DNA from: a virus
Lineage: Duplodnaviria > Caudoviricetes
Virus record (IMG/VR): IMGVR_UViG_3300021960_000319
Location: 1 to 31,246 of that record
Strand: one strand, 5' to 3'
Length of the DNA: 31,246 bases
Below are positions 8,782 to 16,904 of this stretch, in pieces (the first letter of the stretch is position 1; every line of letters begins with the position of its first letter). The position numbers and the translations under genes were made by a program. The notes under the pieces are model-generated. The model did no database searches, was not told the DNA's origin, and saw only the letters and a list, made by a program, of their open reading frames with translations.

Positions 8782-9870
8782 ATGCTAGATTTTGTAAAAC
8801 AGTTGTTTGAAAACAATGTGATTTCCGAGGAAATCAAATCGGAGATTGAATCCGCTTGGCAAAACCAGATTCAAGAGAATCGCGATCAAGTAACCGCAGA
8901 GTTACGTGAAGAATTTGCTCAGAAATATGAGCATGACAAGTCAACAATGGCAGAAGCAGTTGAAAATATGTTAGCAGATCGTTTGCAAGCAGAACTTTCA
9001 GAATTCGCTGAAGACCGCCAAGGACTTATCGAAGCAAAAGCCAAATATGCTGAGAAAATTACAAAAGACGCTACTGCGTTAGAATCATTTGTAATGAACA
9101 ATCTCAAAGGCGAAATTGCAGAACTTCACACAGACCGTAAAACAGTAGCAGAAAATGTCGGTAAGTTAGAATCTTTTATAGTGGATGCACTTTCGAAAGA
9201 AATTGCTGAGTTCCACGCAGACAAAAAAGACTTAGCAGAAACTAAGGTTAAACTCGTCCGCGAAAGCAAAGACAAGTTTGAAAAAGTCAAAAAAGATTTC
9301 GTTGAAAAAGCAACTAAAATCATCGAAGAAACAGTGTCGAAAGGCCTACGTTCTGAAATGACTCAGTTGAAAGAAGACATTGATGAAGCACGTAAGAATG
9401 ATTTCGGTCGCAGAATTTTCGAATCATTTGCCAGCGAATATGCGGCAAGCCATCTCAATGAGAAATCAGAGACCGCTAAACTTCTAAAAGTTGTTTTTGA
9501 AAAAGAACAAGAACTTGCAGAAGCCGCAAAAGTTGTTGCAGAAACAGAAAAACTAGTAGAAAGCAAAGAACAGGAAATCCGTATCGCTAAAGATCTTGCT
9601 ACACGCAAAGAAGTGATGGGAGAATTGCTTGGACCTTTAACAGGTGAAAAGCGTTCTGTTATGGGCGAATTACTAGAGTCAGTGCAAACTGACAAATTAA
9701 ACAAGGCTTTCGACAAATACTTACCAGCCGTGATGAACGGCGGGACTCAAGTCAAGAAAGCGCTGACAGAGGCTAAAGAAATTACAGGCGATAAAGCACA
9801 GGCAGATAGCGGTAATAACAATGAAAAAACCGCTGAAATTTTTGACATCCGCAGGCTTGCGGGAATTTAA
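8782..9870 (+). CDS. Prohead core scaffolding protein (T4 gp22-like)
   Basis: 362-aa Glu/Lys-rich coiled coil between the protease and the capsid gene. AGGAG SD. Confidence 0.8.
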   Translation: MLDFVKQLFENNVISEEIKSEIESAWQNQIQENRDQVTAELREEFAQKYEHDKSTMAEAVENMLADRLQAELSEFAEDRQGLIEAKAKYAEKITKDATALESFVMNNLKGEIAELHTDRKTVAENVGKLESFIVDALSKEIAEFHADKKDLAETKVKLVRESKDKFEKVKKDFVEKATKIIEETVSKGLRSEMTQLKEDIDEARKNDFGRRIFESFASEYAASHLNEKSETAKLLKVVFEKEQELAEAAKVVAETEKLVESKEQEIRIAKDLATRKEVMGELLGPLTGEKRSVMGELLESVQTDKLNKAFDKYLPAVMNGGTQVKKALTEAKEITGDKAQADSGNNNEKTAEIFDIRRLAGI

Positions 9871-9890
9871 AGTTTAAGGAGAAACAAATT

Positions 9891-11060
9891 ATGTCACAAT
9901 TACTCGAGTCACGCTGGTCAGAGACCAAGGACGCTCTCTTAGAAGGCCTCCAAGGTAACAAGCGCTCAGTTATGTCAGCGACTTTAGAAAATACCCGCAA
10001 GTATTTGTCAGAGTCTGCTACAGCTGGTGCTACATCTGCTGGCAACGTTGCAACACTTAACCGTGTGATCCTTCCAGTGATCAGACGTGTTATGCCAACT
10101 GTTATTGCTAACGAATTAGTTGGCGTACAACCAATGACAGGTCCAGTTGGTCAGATCCACACATTAAGAGTTCGTTATGCTGATACATTCAACTCTACAA
10201 GTGGTACTGATACAACAGCAGGTGAAGAAGCATTATCACCATTCAAGATTGCAGAAGGCTATTCCGGCGCGGCTGACGACAAAGCGGCTTCAACAGCGGC
10301 TTTAGAAGGTCAAGCAGGTAACCGTCTATCAATCCAAATCCTCAAACAAACAGTTGAAGCTAAGACACGTAAATTGTCAGCTCGCTGGACATTTGAGGCG
10401 GCTCAAGACGCACAAGCTCAACAAGGTGTTGACGTTGAAGCAGAAATTATGGCGGCTTTAGCACAAGAAATTACTGCTGAGATCGATCAAGAAATCATCG
10501 CATCTCTAGTTACATTAGCAGGTTCTACTAACCAAGTAGCATACAACCAAGCAACAGTTTCTGGTACAGCTACATTCGTTGGTGACGAACATGCGGCATT
10601 AGCAGTTGCAATTAACAAAGTATCTAACGTGATCGCTCAGCGTACACGTCGTGGTGCTGGTAACTGGGCTGTTGTATCACCAACAGCATTAACAATCCTA
10701 CAATCAGCTACAACTTCAGCTTTCGCAAGAACAACTGAAGGTACATTTGAAGCTCCAACTAACACAAAAATGGTTGGTACTTTAAATAACGCTATGAAAG
10801 TATATGTTAACACATATGCTACAAGCGATACAGTATTAGTTGGTTACAAAGGTTCAAGCGAATCAGATGCGGCGGCGTTCTATTGCCCATACATTCCATT
10901 GATGTCATCAGGTGTTGTACTTGATCCATCAACATTTGAACCAGTAGTAAGCTTCATGACAAGATATGGCTATGTTGAATTAACTAACGCGGCTTCATCT
11001 CTTGGTAATGCGGCAGACTACTTAGGTACAGTTACAATTTCTAACGCAACATTCTTCTAA
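9891..11060 (+). CDS. Major capsid protein (T4 gp23-like)
   Basis: LPVIRRVMP, VGVQPMTGPVGQI, VEAKTRKLSARWTFEAAQD, EITAEIDQEII, AFYCPYIPL, TFEPVVSFMTRYG. Confidence 0.96.
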   Translation: MSQLLESRWSETKDALLEGLQGNKRSVMSATLENTRKYLSESATAGATSAGNVATLNRVILPVIRRVMPTVIANELVGVQPMTGPVGQIHTLRVRYADTFNSTSGTDTTAGEEALSPFKIAEGYSGAADDKAASTAALEGQAGNRLSIQILKQTVEAKTRKLSARWTFEAAQDAQAQQGVDVEAEIMAALAQEITAEIDQEIIASLVTLAGSTNQVAYNQATVSGTATFVGDEHAALAVAINKVSNVIAQRTRRGAGNWAVVSPTALTILQSATTSAFARTTEGTFEAPTNTKMVGTLNNAMKVYVNTYATSDTVLVGYKGSSESDAAAFYCPYIPLMSSGVVLDPSTFEPVVSFMTRYGYVELTNAASSLGNAADYLGTVTISNATFF

Positions 11061-11091
11061 TTTTAGAAGAAAGTACCAAGTACTTCAAATC

Positions 11092-11120
11092 CAAAAAGGC
11101 TCTTCGGAGCCTTTTTGTTT
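11092..11120 (+). terminator. Rho-independent terminator with a UUCG tetraloop, possibly bidirectional
   Basis: CAAAAAGGCTC-TTCG-GAGCCTTTTTG followed by TTT, just downstream of the capsid gene. Confidence 0.9.
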
Positions 11121-11135
11121 GGCTTAAATATCAGT

Positions 11136-11405
11136 ATGCAAATACAATCACATCTAGACTTTCCTAAACTAAGAGAACATTTATCAAAATGGAAATATCG
11201 TTATACCATGTTTCGCAAGGATGTTCAAGAAATAGAATCTGCCATAGAAAAACATATACAAAATTACAGCAAACATCAAGTCAGTTACAAACAGACACAC
11301 AAAAATTATTATGTAGAGCAAGCACAGAAAGAAATAGATGAAATTAATCGCATAATTGGACTAGTTGAAAAGCTAGAAGTTATGGCTATGCTTAGTAAAA
11401 GATAA
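11136..11405 (+). CDS. Hypothetical helical protein (89 aa)
   Basis: ATG at 11136, 5 nt after TAAATA. The TTG at 11115 lies inside the terminator. Confidence 0.6.
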   Translation: MQIQSHLDFPKLREHLSKWKYRYTMFRKDVQEIESAIEKHIQNYSKHQVSYKQTHKNYYVEQAQKEIDEINRIIGLVEKLEVMAMLSKR

Positions 11406-11416
11406 ATACATTGTCA

Positions 11417-11480
11417 ATAAGTGTGCCGCTTCAACTCGGCGGACTTATGCGGTTACCCACCGCGTAGACCTAGAACGTCA
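11417..11480 (+). promoter_or_regulatory. Structured 5' leader (candidate cis-regulatory RNA)
   Basis: GC-rich island with two overlapping hairpins between ATAAATA (11402-11408) and the AAGGAG SD. Confidence 0.45.
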
Positions 11481-11502
11481 ACCAATTTTAAGGAGAAAAC
11501 AA

Positions 11503-11901
11503 ATGGGAAGACCTTTACGTAAAGATGTACTCGGCGTAGATGCTATCGGATCATCTACAGGAGCCGCTACTGGTGTCCGTGTAGAATATTATGATGAGCC
11601 ATCATCTTCATTAAAAACAGACGGTGTTATCATCAAACAGCGTGGTGCTAAAACATTTACAGTTGTTGAAATAGCAAACATTGGATCAGGTGGCAAATAT
11701 GTCAAAGCTGTTTTACAAAACTCAACACCAAATGCCGCAAATGAAATGAGAATGTGGGGATGGTTAGGTGGTAACGGCGGTACAGAAATTAACATCGCTA
11801 AAATCACAAAAAATCTCGTTACTGACTGGAGTGATAACAAATACACTTGGACGTTAGAAAACGATTCTTCAAACGACTATATCGTATTAACAGCAATCTA
11901 A
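11503..11901 (+). CDS. Hypothetical virion structural protein
   Basis: 132 aa, strong SD, beta-rich, first gene of the appendage cluster. Confidence 0.65.
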   Translation: MGRPLRKDVLGVDAIGSSTGAATGVRVEYYDEPSSSLKTDGVIIKQRGAKTFTVVEIANIGSGGKYVKAVLQNSTPNAANEMRMWGWLGGNGGTEINIAKITKNLVTDWSDNKYTWTLENDSSNDYIVLTAI

Positions 11902-11911
11902 GGATTAGTCA

Positions 11912-12958
11912 ATGTCACAAGTCCTACAGACCAACGGCGATTACCTAATTAAAACAGGAGAGGGTAAGGATATTACCCTCGATACTGGTCCCGGTGTTGG
12001 TAGAGTAAGAGTTACAGGAAATTTATTAGTTGAGGGTGATACTCTTACCGTTTCTGCTGAAAACTTAAATGTTAGTGATAACGTTATAACGTTAAATTAT
12101 GGCGAAACTGGTGCAGGAGTGTCATTAGTATATTCTGGTATACAGATTGATAGAGGAACTGAAACACCATATGGTTTAATTTTTGATGAATCAATTGATG
12201 CATTTCAAGTTGTAACCGGAGCAGAAGGTGCATATGGGTTTACAAATAGTAGATTTAAAACTAGATACATACTCACTGATGCAGATACCGATAATGGTGA
12301 CTTAACATTAATTGGAACCGGTGCTGGTGTTATTAAAGTTACTGGAACTTTAAATTACGAAACGCAAATAACAGACGATGACGATATCCCAAATAAGAAA
12401 TATGTTGATGACGCTATTCGTGACAATCCAACTTTCCAAGTTTTAGATGATGATACAAGGCTTATCGTTTCTGATAAAGACATTTCAGGTTCATTAACAT
12501 ATCTATTTGATAATACCGGATATACTACAGGACCCGATGGGGAAAGTGCTATATCAGTATTAGTTGATGGTTCGTTAATCGCACAATTTTTTACCAATAG
12601 ACTTGAAATTGGAAATTTAGAAATTGGTGGAGGATATGACGGACTTGATATTACAACAAAATCAGGTATCACCAACGAAAATATTAATATTAGAACACAG
12701 GGTACAGGTAAAGTTGTTCTAGATTATGCGTTACAATTATTAGATTTAGAAGGAACTCAGCCTGCTTATGTTTCAAATGCAGGATTACTACACGCTGGTC
12801 CAGTAAACGTTGGAACTACTGGAATTTATTTCGTAAATGACAGCATTAATGATGCGAATGTAAGTAATGGAGCAGATCCGAGTAACAATAATACGAGATA
12901 TCAACGAGGAGAACTGATAAGTAAAAACAAAGCATTACTTTTCAGTATGTTATTTTAA
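11912..12958 (+). CDS. Fibre/appendage structural protein
   Basis: 348 aa, Gly/Thr/Asp-rich beta repeats, PNKKYVD fibre-type motif, hydrophobic C-terminus ALLFSMLF. Confidence 0.6.
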   Translation: MSQVLQTNGDYLIKTGEGKDITLDTGPGVGRVRVTGNLLVEGDTLTVSAENLNVSDNVITLNYGETGAGVSLVYSGIQIDRGTETPYGLIFDESIDAFQVVTGAEGAYGFTNSRFKTRYILTDADTDNGDLTLIGTGAGVIKVTGTLNYETQITDDDDIPNKKYVDDAIRDNPTFQVLDDDTRLIVSDKDISGSLTYLFDNTGYTTGPDGESAISVLVDGSLIAQFFTNRLEIGNLEIGGGYDGLDITTKSGITNENINIRTQGTGKVVLDYALQLLDLEGTQPAYVSNAGLLHAGPVNVGTTGIYFVNDSINDANVSNGADPSNNNTRYQRGELISKNKALLFSMLF

Positions 12959-12969
12959 AGAGATAAGAT

Positions 12970-13359
12970 ATGATTAAAAACACTTTGGTTACAGCAAGTT
13001 CAGTTACAAACCCAGATTTAGTATATACTAGTTCTAGTACAGGTGCACCTATAGTATCGCCTGTGACAGGACAAACAAATGCTATCACTACAATAGTTTT
13101 ATGTAATATCGGAGCACCTAGTGCATCTGACGAAACTGTTAATGACGTGGTAGTAAACGTGTACGTTGCTCCACAAGGTGTAGGAGCACAATCGTCAGGT
13201 GCAACTTGTAATTTAATTGTAAGTAATCTAACAGTACCAGCTGGCGAAACTGTATTCTTAAGCGAAGAAAGAATAGTTTTAGATCCAGGAGATGAGATCT
13301 ATGTAGGTACAGACACCGCTAATCTTTTATGTGTAACAGTAAGCTCATTACCGGTATAA
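12970..13359 (+). CDS. Small beta-sandwich structural protein (paralog family A)
   Basis: 129 aa with a T.IVLCN...VVVNVYV...LTVPAGET...ERIVL..GD pattern shared with the genes at 16179 and 30189. Confidence 0.65.
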   Translation: MIKNTLVTASSVTNPDLVYTSSSTGAPIVSPVTGQTNAITTIVLCNIGAPSASDETVNDVVVNVYVAPQGVGAQSSGATCNLIVSNLTVPAGETVFLSEERIVLDPGDEIYVGTDTANLLCVTVSSLPV

Positions 13360-13360
13360 T

Positions 13361-13924
13361 ATGAAATTTTTAAAAACAGGACATCTAAACAAATTTGCTA
13401 TTAATAATCAAACATTGATAGTATATCCTAAAGGTGTAGGCACTGGTAACAGAGTGGTATTCAATGCTGACGGCGGATTAATGCTACCAAAAGGCGGAAC
13501 AGCAGATAGACCGAAACTAACAGGTGTACGCCAACCTACAGATGCCAACGGCACTATCCGTTACAATACAGATACTAATACTATAGAAGCATATATCAAC
13601 AATGTCTGGACGACTGTAAGAGCACCAGGTGCTACTGCTATTTCGACACAGACATTAGGTCCAGGAAATGCTGTAGAAACAGTTTTCGGACCATTAACAA
13701 CAGTTCCAACAGGAACTTCATATCAAGCCAGCGATAACAATATTATCGTATTAGTAGAGAACGTTTTCCAAATAGGAAATGGTACTAACTTTGATATAGA
13801 ACAAAGCGTATCAGGTTCATTAACAGGTCCTAATGCACCTTATGCAGATGGATGGTATATCAAATTTACTTCAGCAGTTGATGTAGGCAAGGACGTAACA
13901 GTTTACTTCGGTTACGCTGACTAA
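13361..13924 (+). CDS. Structural protein with LP.G..A.RP / G.IRYNT domain
   Basis: 187 aa. The domain also occurs at the C-termini of the next two genes. Confidence 0.6.
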   Translation: MKFLKTGHLNKFAINNQTLIVYPKGVGTGNRVVFNADGGLMLPKGGTADRPKLTGVRQPTDANGTIRYNTDTNTIEAYINNVWTTVRAPGATAISTQTLGPGNAVETVFGPLTTVPTGTSYQASDNNIIVLVENVFQIGNGTNFDIEQSVSGSLTGPNAPYADGWYIKFTSAVDVGKDVTVYFGYAD

Positions 13925-13926
13925 CA

Positions 13927-14997
13927 ATGGCAATTGGGCGAATATCAGGTCCGTTATTAAATGAAAATTTACTAAGGAATGGTATTGACCTTTCTTTCGA
14001 CACCGATCATTTATATCTCAACGTAACAGAAAATAGAATTGGAATTAACAAAGACAATCCTATATATGATTTAGATGTAAGTTCTATAATTCATACTACT
14101 GATCTTATTTCAGATACAGCAAGAATAGGAAATGTTAGATTTTTCGAAAACACAATAGCAACTACCACAGGCCCGTTAAATGTAGTATTATCCGATGCAG
14201 GTAATACAATACATTATGCAAAAATACTTACCGACGATTTAGAATTTGATAATTCTAGAATTTCAGGATTATCATCAAATCAAAATATAGAATTAGATCC
14301 GAACGGAACCGGTAATACTGTTTTTGAATCAAATGTGACCATTACTGATAATTTAAATGTTTCCGGAAATATTACATTAGATGGAAATTTATCTACATTA
14401 TCAAATATCATCATAGGTGATGAAATATTAGATACCATTACAATCGCTCCTGATTTTACACAAAGTATAATACCTGGAACTGATAATCAATGGAGTTTAG
14501 GTGAAAACACAGGAGATAGCTCACCGAGAAGATGGTCTCAGATGTTTATGCACGATCTAACACAAGTTACAACAAATAGACCGAACGCAGTTAAAGTTTC
14601 TGATCAATTATGGTTAGACGGAACTATCAATAAAATCACAGGGTTACAGTCTAATGAAGATATTTTATTAAGTCCAGACACTGGTATTACATATATCGAA
14701 AGCACAAAATGGGAAGATAGTGATATTACTAATCTTCTTAATACTCCTCTTACATTTACTAGCACAGGAATCGGTTATCTAAGATTTATGGGTAATAATG
14801 GATTCGTATTGCCGTCAGGTAATAATGCAAGTAGACCAACAAGTCCTGAACTAGGAGACACTAGATGGAACACACAAGAACAATATCTTGAATGTTTCGA
14901 TGGTAGTGTTTATCAGCTTTCAACTGGTGCTGGTGGGGAAGTTACCACAGATATTATGGAAGATCTAGGTAATCTCTACAGCCTCATCCTCGGTTAA
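13927..14997 (+). CDS. Fibre-like structural protein (paralog B1)
   Basis: Starts MAIGRISGPLL, has RIGIN...P.Y.LDV and L.PNGTG repeats, ends YSLILG. Confidence 0.7.
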   Translation: MAIGRISGPLLNENLLRNGIDLSFDTDHLYLNVTENRIGINKDNPIYDLDVSSIIHTTDLISDTARIGNVRFFENTIATTTGPLNVVLSDAGNTIHYAKILTDDLEFDNSRISGLSSNQNIELDPNGTGNTVFESNVTITDNLNVSGNITLDGNLSTLSNIIIGDEILDTITIAPDFTQSIIPGTDNQWSLGENTGDSSPRRWSQMFMHDLTQVTTNRPNAVKVSDQLWLDGTINKITGLQSNEDILLSPDTGITYIESTKWEDSDITNLLNTPLTFTSTGIGYLRFMGNNGFVLPSGNNASRPTSPELGDTRWNTQEQYLECFDGSVYQLSTGAGGEVTTDIMEDLGNLYSLILG

Positions 14998-15024
14998 TTT
15001 TCCAATATAGATAAATATAATTAA

Positions 15025-15105
15025 TCGCAAGTGCGACCACACTTGTGAGGACAAACAGAACAAACCCGCTATGTAAAGGGGTTATATCCGTGAAATTCGG
15101 TGGTA
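15025..15105 (+). promoter_or_regulatory. Structured 5' leader (candidate cis-regulatory RNA)
   Basis: Three potential hairpins between ATAAATA (15011-15017) and AGGAG (15109-15113). Confidence 0.4.
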
Positions 15106-15118
15106 CAAAGGAGAGCGC

Positions 15119-16171
15119 ATGGCAATAGGTCGAATATCCGGTCCGCTCTTGAAGTCGAATCTTGAACGTAATGGAATAGATTTAGCCTTTGAGACTGACC
15201 TCTTATATCTTAACGTAACAGATGATCGCATTGGAGTTAATACTGCTTCTCCAGCTTACGACCTTGACGTAAACGGTACCACAAGAACAACAAATCTTCT
15301 AGTAGATAATCAATTAGATATAGGAAATTTCACTATCAGTGGAAATACCATTCAGGTTGATACTACAACTATAAATTTTATAGCCTCTCCAGGCGAAGCA
15401 ACTTCTTATCATTCTATATTAGAAGTTGGTGACTTAAGACTAACTGGAAACGTAATTTCAACTTTTAATTCTAATGCTAATTTAGAATTCCAACCAAACG
15501 GTACAGGTGAAGTTGATATATTATCAACCACGAATATTACTGGCAACTTACAAGTTGATGGAAATATTAATGCAGATGGAAATATTACAATAGGTGGTAA
15601 TATTATTATCGGAGATTCATTATCCGACACTATCGAAATTAATGCCAGTATTCAAAGTGATCTTATTCCTGAAACAGACAATACATACGATTTAGGTTCT
15701 TCTAGTTTTTATTGGAGAAGAGCATATGTAAATGATTTATATGCTGATACATTAGATGTTCCAACTCTAGATGTCGGCAATTTAATGTTCCGTGATAATG
15801 AAATTACAACAACAACAGGTTTAGATTTATACATTGACGGCAACGGAGCCGGCGGAGTTAGATTAGGTAATTTTAGAATAGTAGATAATGTAATAACCAA
15901 TGTATCAAACGGGGCAATAACACAGATAGCACAAACAGGTACAGGCTATTTTAAAATAGCAACGACAAACGGTTTTGTACCTCCAAGAGGAAACGATGCT
16001 GAAAGACCAACAGCATATGCTGTCCTTGGTATGACAAGATATAATACCAACAGTAAAGCGTTAGAAATTTGGGACGGAGCGGCATGGAGTTCACCAGCGG
16101 GTGCTTCAGGTGCTGTTTCAGAATTACAAGCGAATGACATCGCGGCATCATTCGCATTAATATTAGGATAA
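15119..16171 (+). CDS. Fibre-like structural protein (paralog B2)
   Basis: Starts MAIGRISGPLL, collinear with B1, ends FALILG. Confidence 0.7.
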   Translation: MAIGRISGPLLKSNLERNGIDLAFETDLLYLNVTDDRIGVNTASPAYDLDVNGTTRTTNLLVDNQLDIGNFTISGNTIQVDTTTINFIASPGEATSYHSILEVGDLRLTGNVISTFNSNANLEFQPNGTGEVDILSTTNITGNLQVDGNINADGNITIGGNIIIGDSLSDTIEINASIQSDLIPETDNTYDLGSSSFYWRRAYVNDLYADTLDVPTLDVGNLMFRDNEITTTTGLDLYIDGNGAGGVRLGNFRIVDNVITNVSNGAITQIAQTGTGYFKIATTNGFVPPRGNDAERPTAYAVLGMTRYNTNSKALEIWDGAAWSSPAGASGAVSELQANDIAASFALILG

Positions 16172-16178
16172 TACATAG

Positions 16179-16511
16179 ATGCCTACCGTATTTAAACACG
16201 CAGTTGTAACAGATATTGGAACCACTCCGGTTGATGCATTACAGATCGGCGAAGGTGTTAGAGCAACCGTTATTGGATGTAATCTAGCAAATACTACAGA
16301 TTTTGATACAGTTATCGTAGATGTATATATAATAGACGAAAATTCTACGCAAGGAGTGTATGTTAAATCATTGCCGATACCTCCGGCGAGTGCGACTAAA
16401 TTAGTAACTCAGGGTGAAAAATTGATATTACCAGAAACGGCTGGAATAAGAATCGTATCTGATACAGAGGCAAGTGTTGATGCTACTATCAGTTATGTAG
16501 AAATTTCATAG
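16179..16511 (+). CDS. Small beta-sandwich structural protein (paralog family A)
   Basis: 110 aa with ATVIGCNLAN...IVDVYI...LPIPP...GEKLIL and SVDATISYVEI. Confidence 0.7.
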   Translation: MPTVFKHAVVTDIGTTPVDALQIGEGVRATVIGCNLANTTDFDTVIVDVYIIDENSTQGVYVKSLPIPPASATKLVTQGEKLILPETAGIRIVSDTEASVDATISYVEIS

Positions 16512-16521
16512 GAATAATATT

Positions 16522-16893
16522 ATGGCTAGTAATTATTACATTGGTAGAGATCCAGAAGAAATTTTAGGAAACAGTCCTAGATTTTTCTACGGCGTTAGAA
16601 GAAACGAAGATGGAGAATTATTTTTAGTTCGTAGTGATATGATTACTGATACTACTGACATCATTGATGTTAATGCTCCGGGAACTCCTAGTGAAACTTT
16701 TGAAGATTTTGAAGAAGGTGTAGATTATTTCGAAGGTATTAGAACAGATCATCAAATTGAATTTGATAATTTAAAATATCCGCAATATAGATGGGACGAT
16801 AGATCACTATTTTATTATGTAGATAGTGAAGGCAGATTTACAGTAAGAATTAATAAAGGATACACATATCCACCAGGAACTTCTGGAGCATAA
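16522..16893 (+). CDS. Hypothetical protein
   Basis: 123 aa, acidic and aromatic, tightly packed in the operon. Confidence 0.7.
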   Translation: MASNYYIGRDPEEILGNSPRFFYGVRRNEDGELFLVRSDMITDTTDIIDVNAPGTPSETFEDFEEGVDYFEGIRTDHQIEFDNLKYPQYRWDDRSLFYYVDSEGRFTVRINKGYTYPPGTSGA

Positions 16894-16904
16894 AGAGATA
16901 GACT

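Noticed and set aside
11115-11135. TTG start for the 96-aa ORF
   Set aside because: Lies within the terminator T-tract; ATG at 11136 is preferred.
15025-15105. Assignment to a c-di-GMP or other known riboswitch class
   Set aside because: Only scattered short matches (CAAAC, GAAA, GGGGTTA); the consensus architecture could not be fitted by eye.
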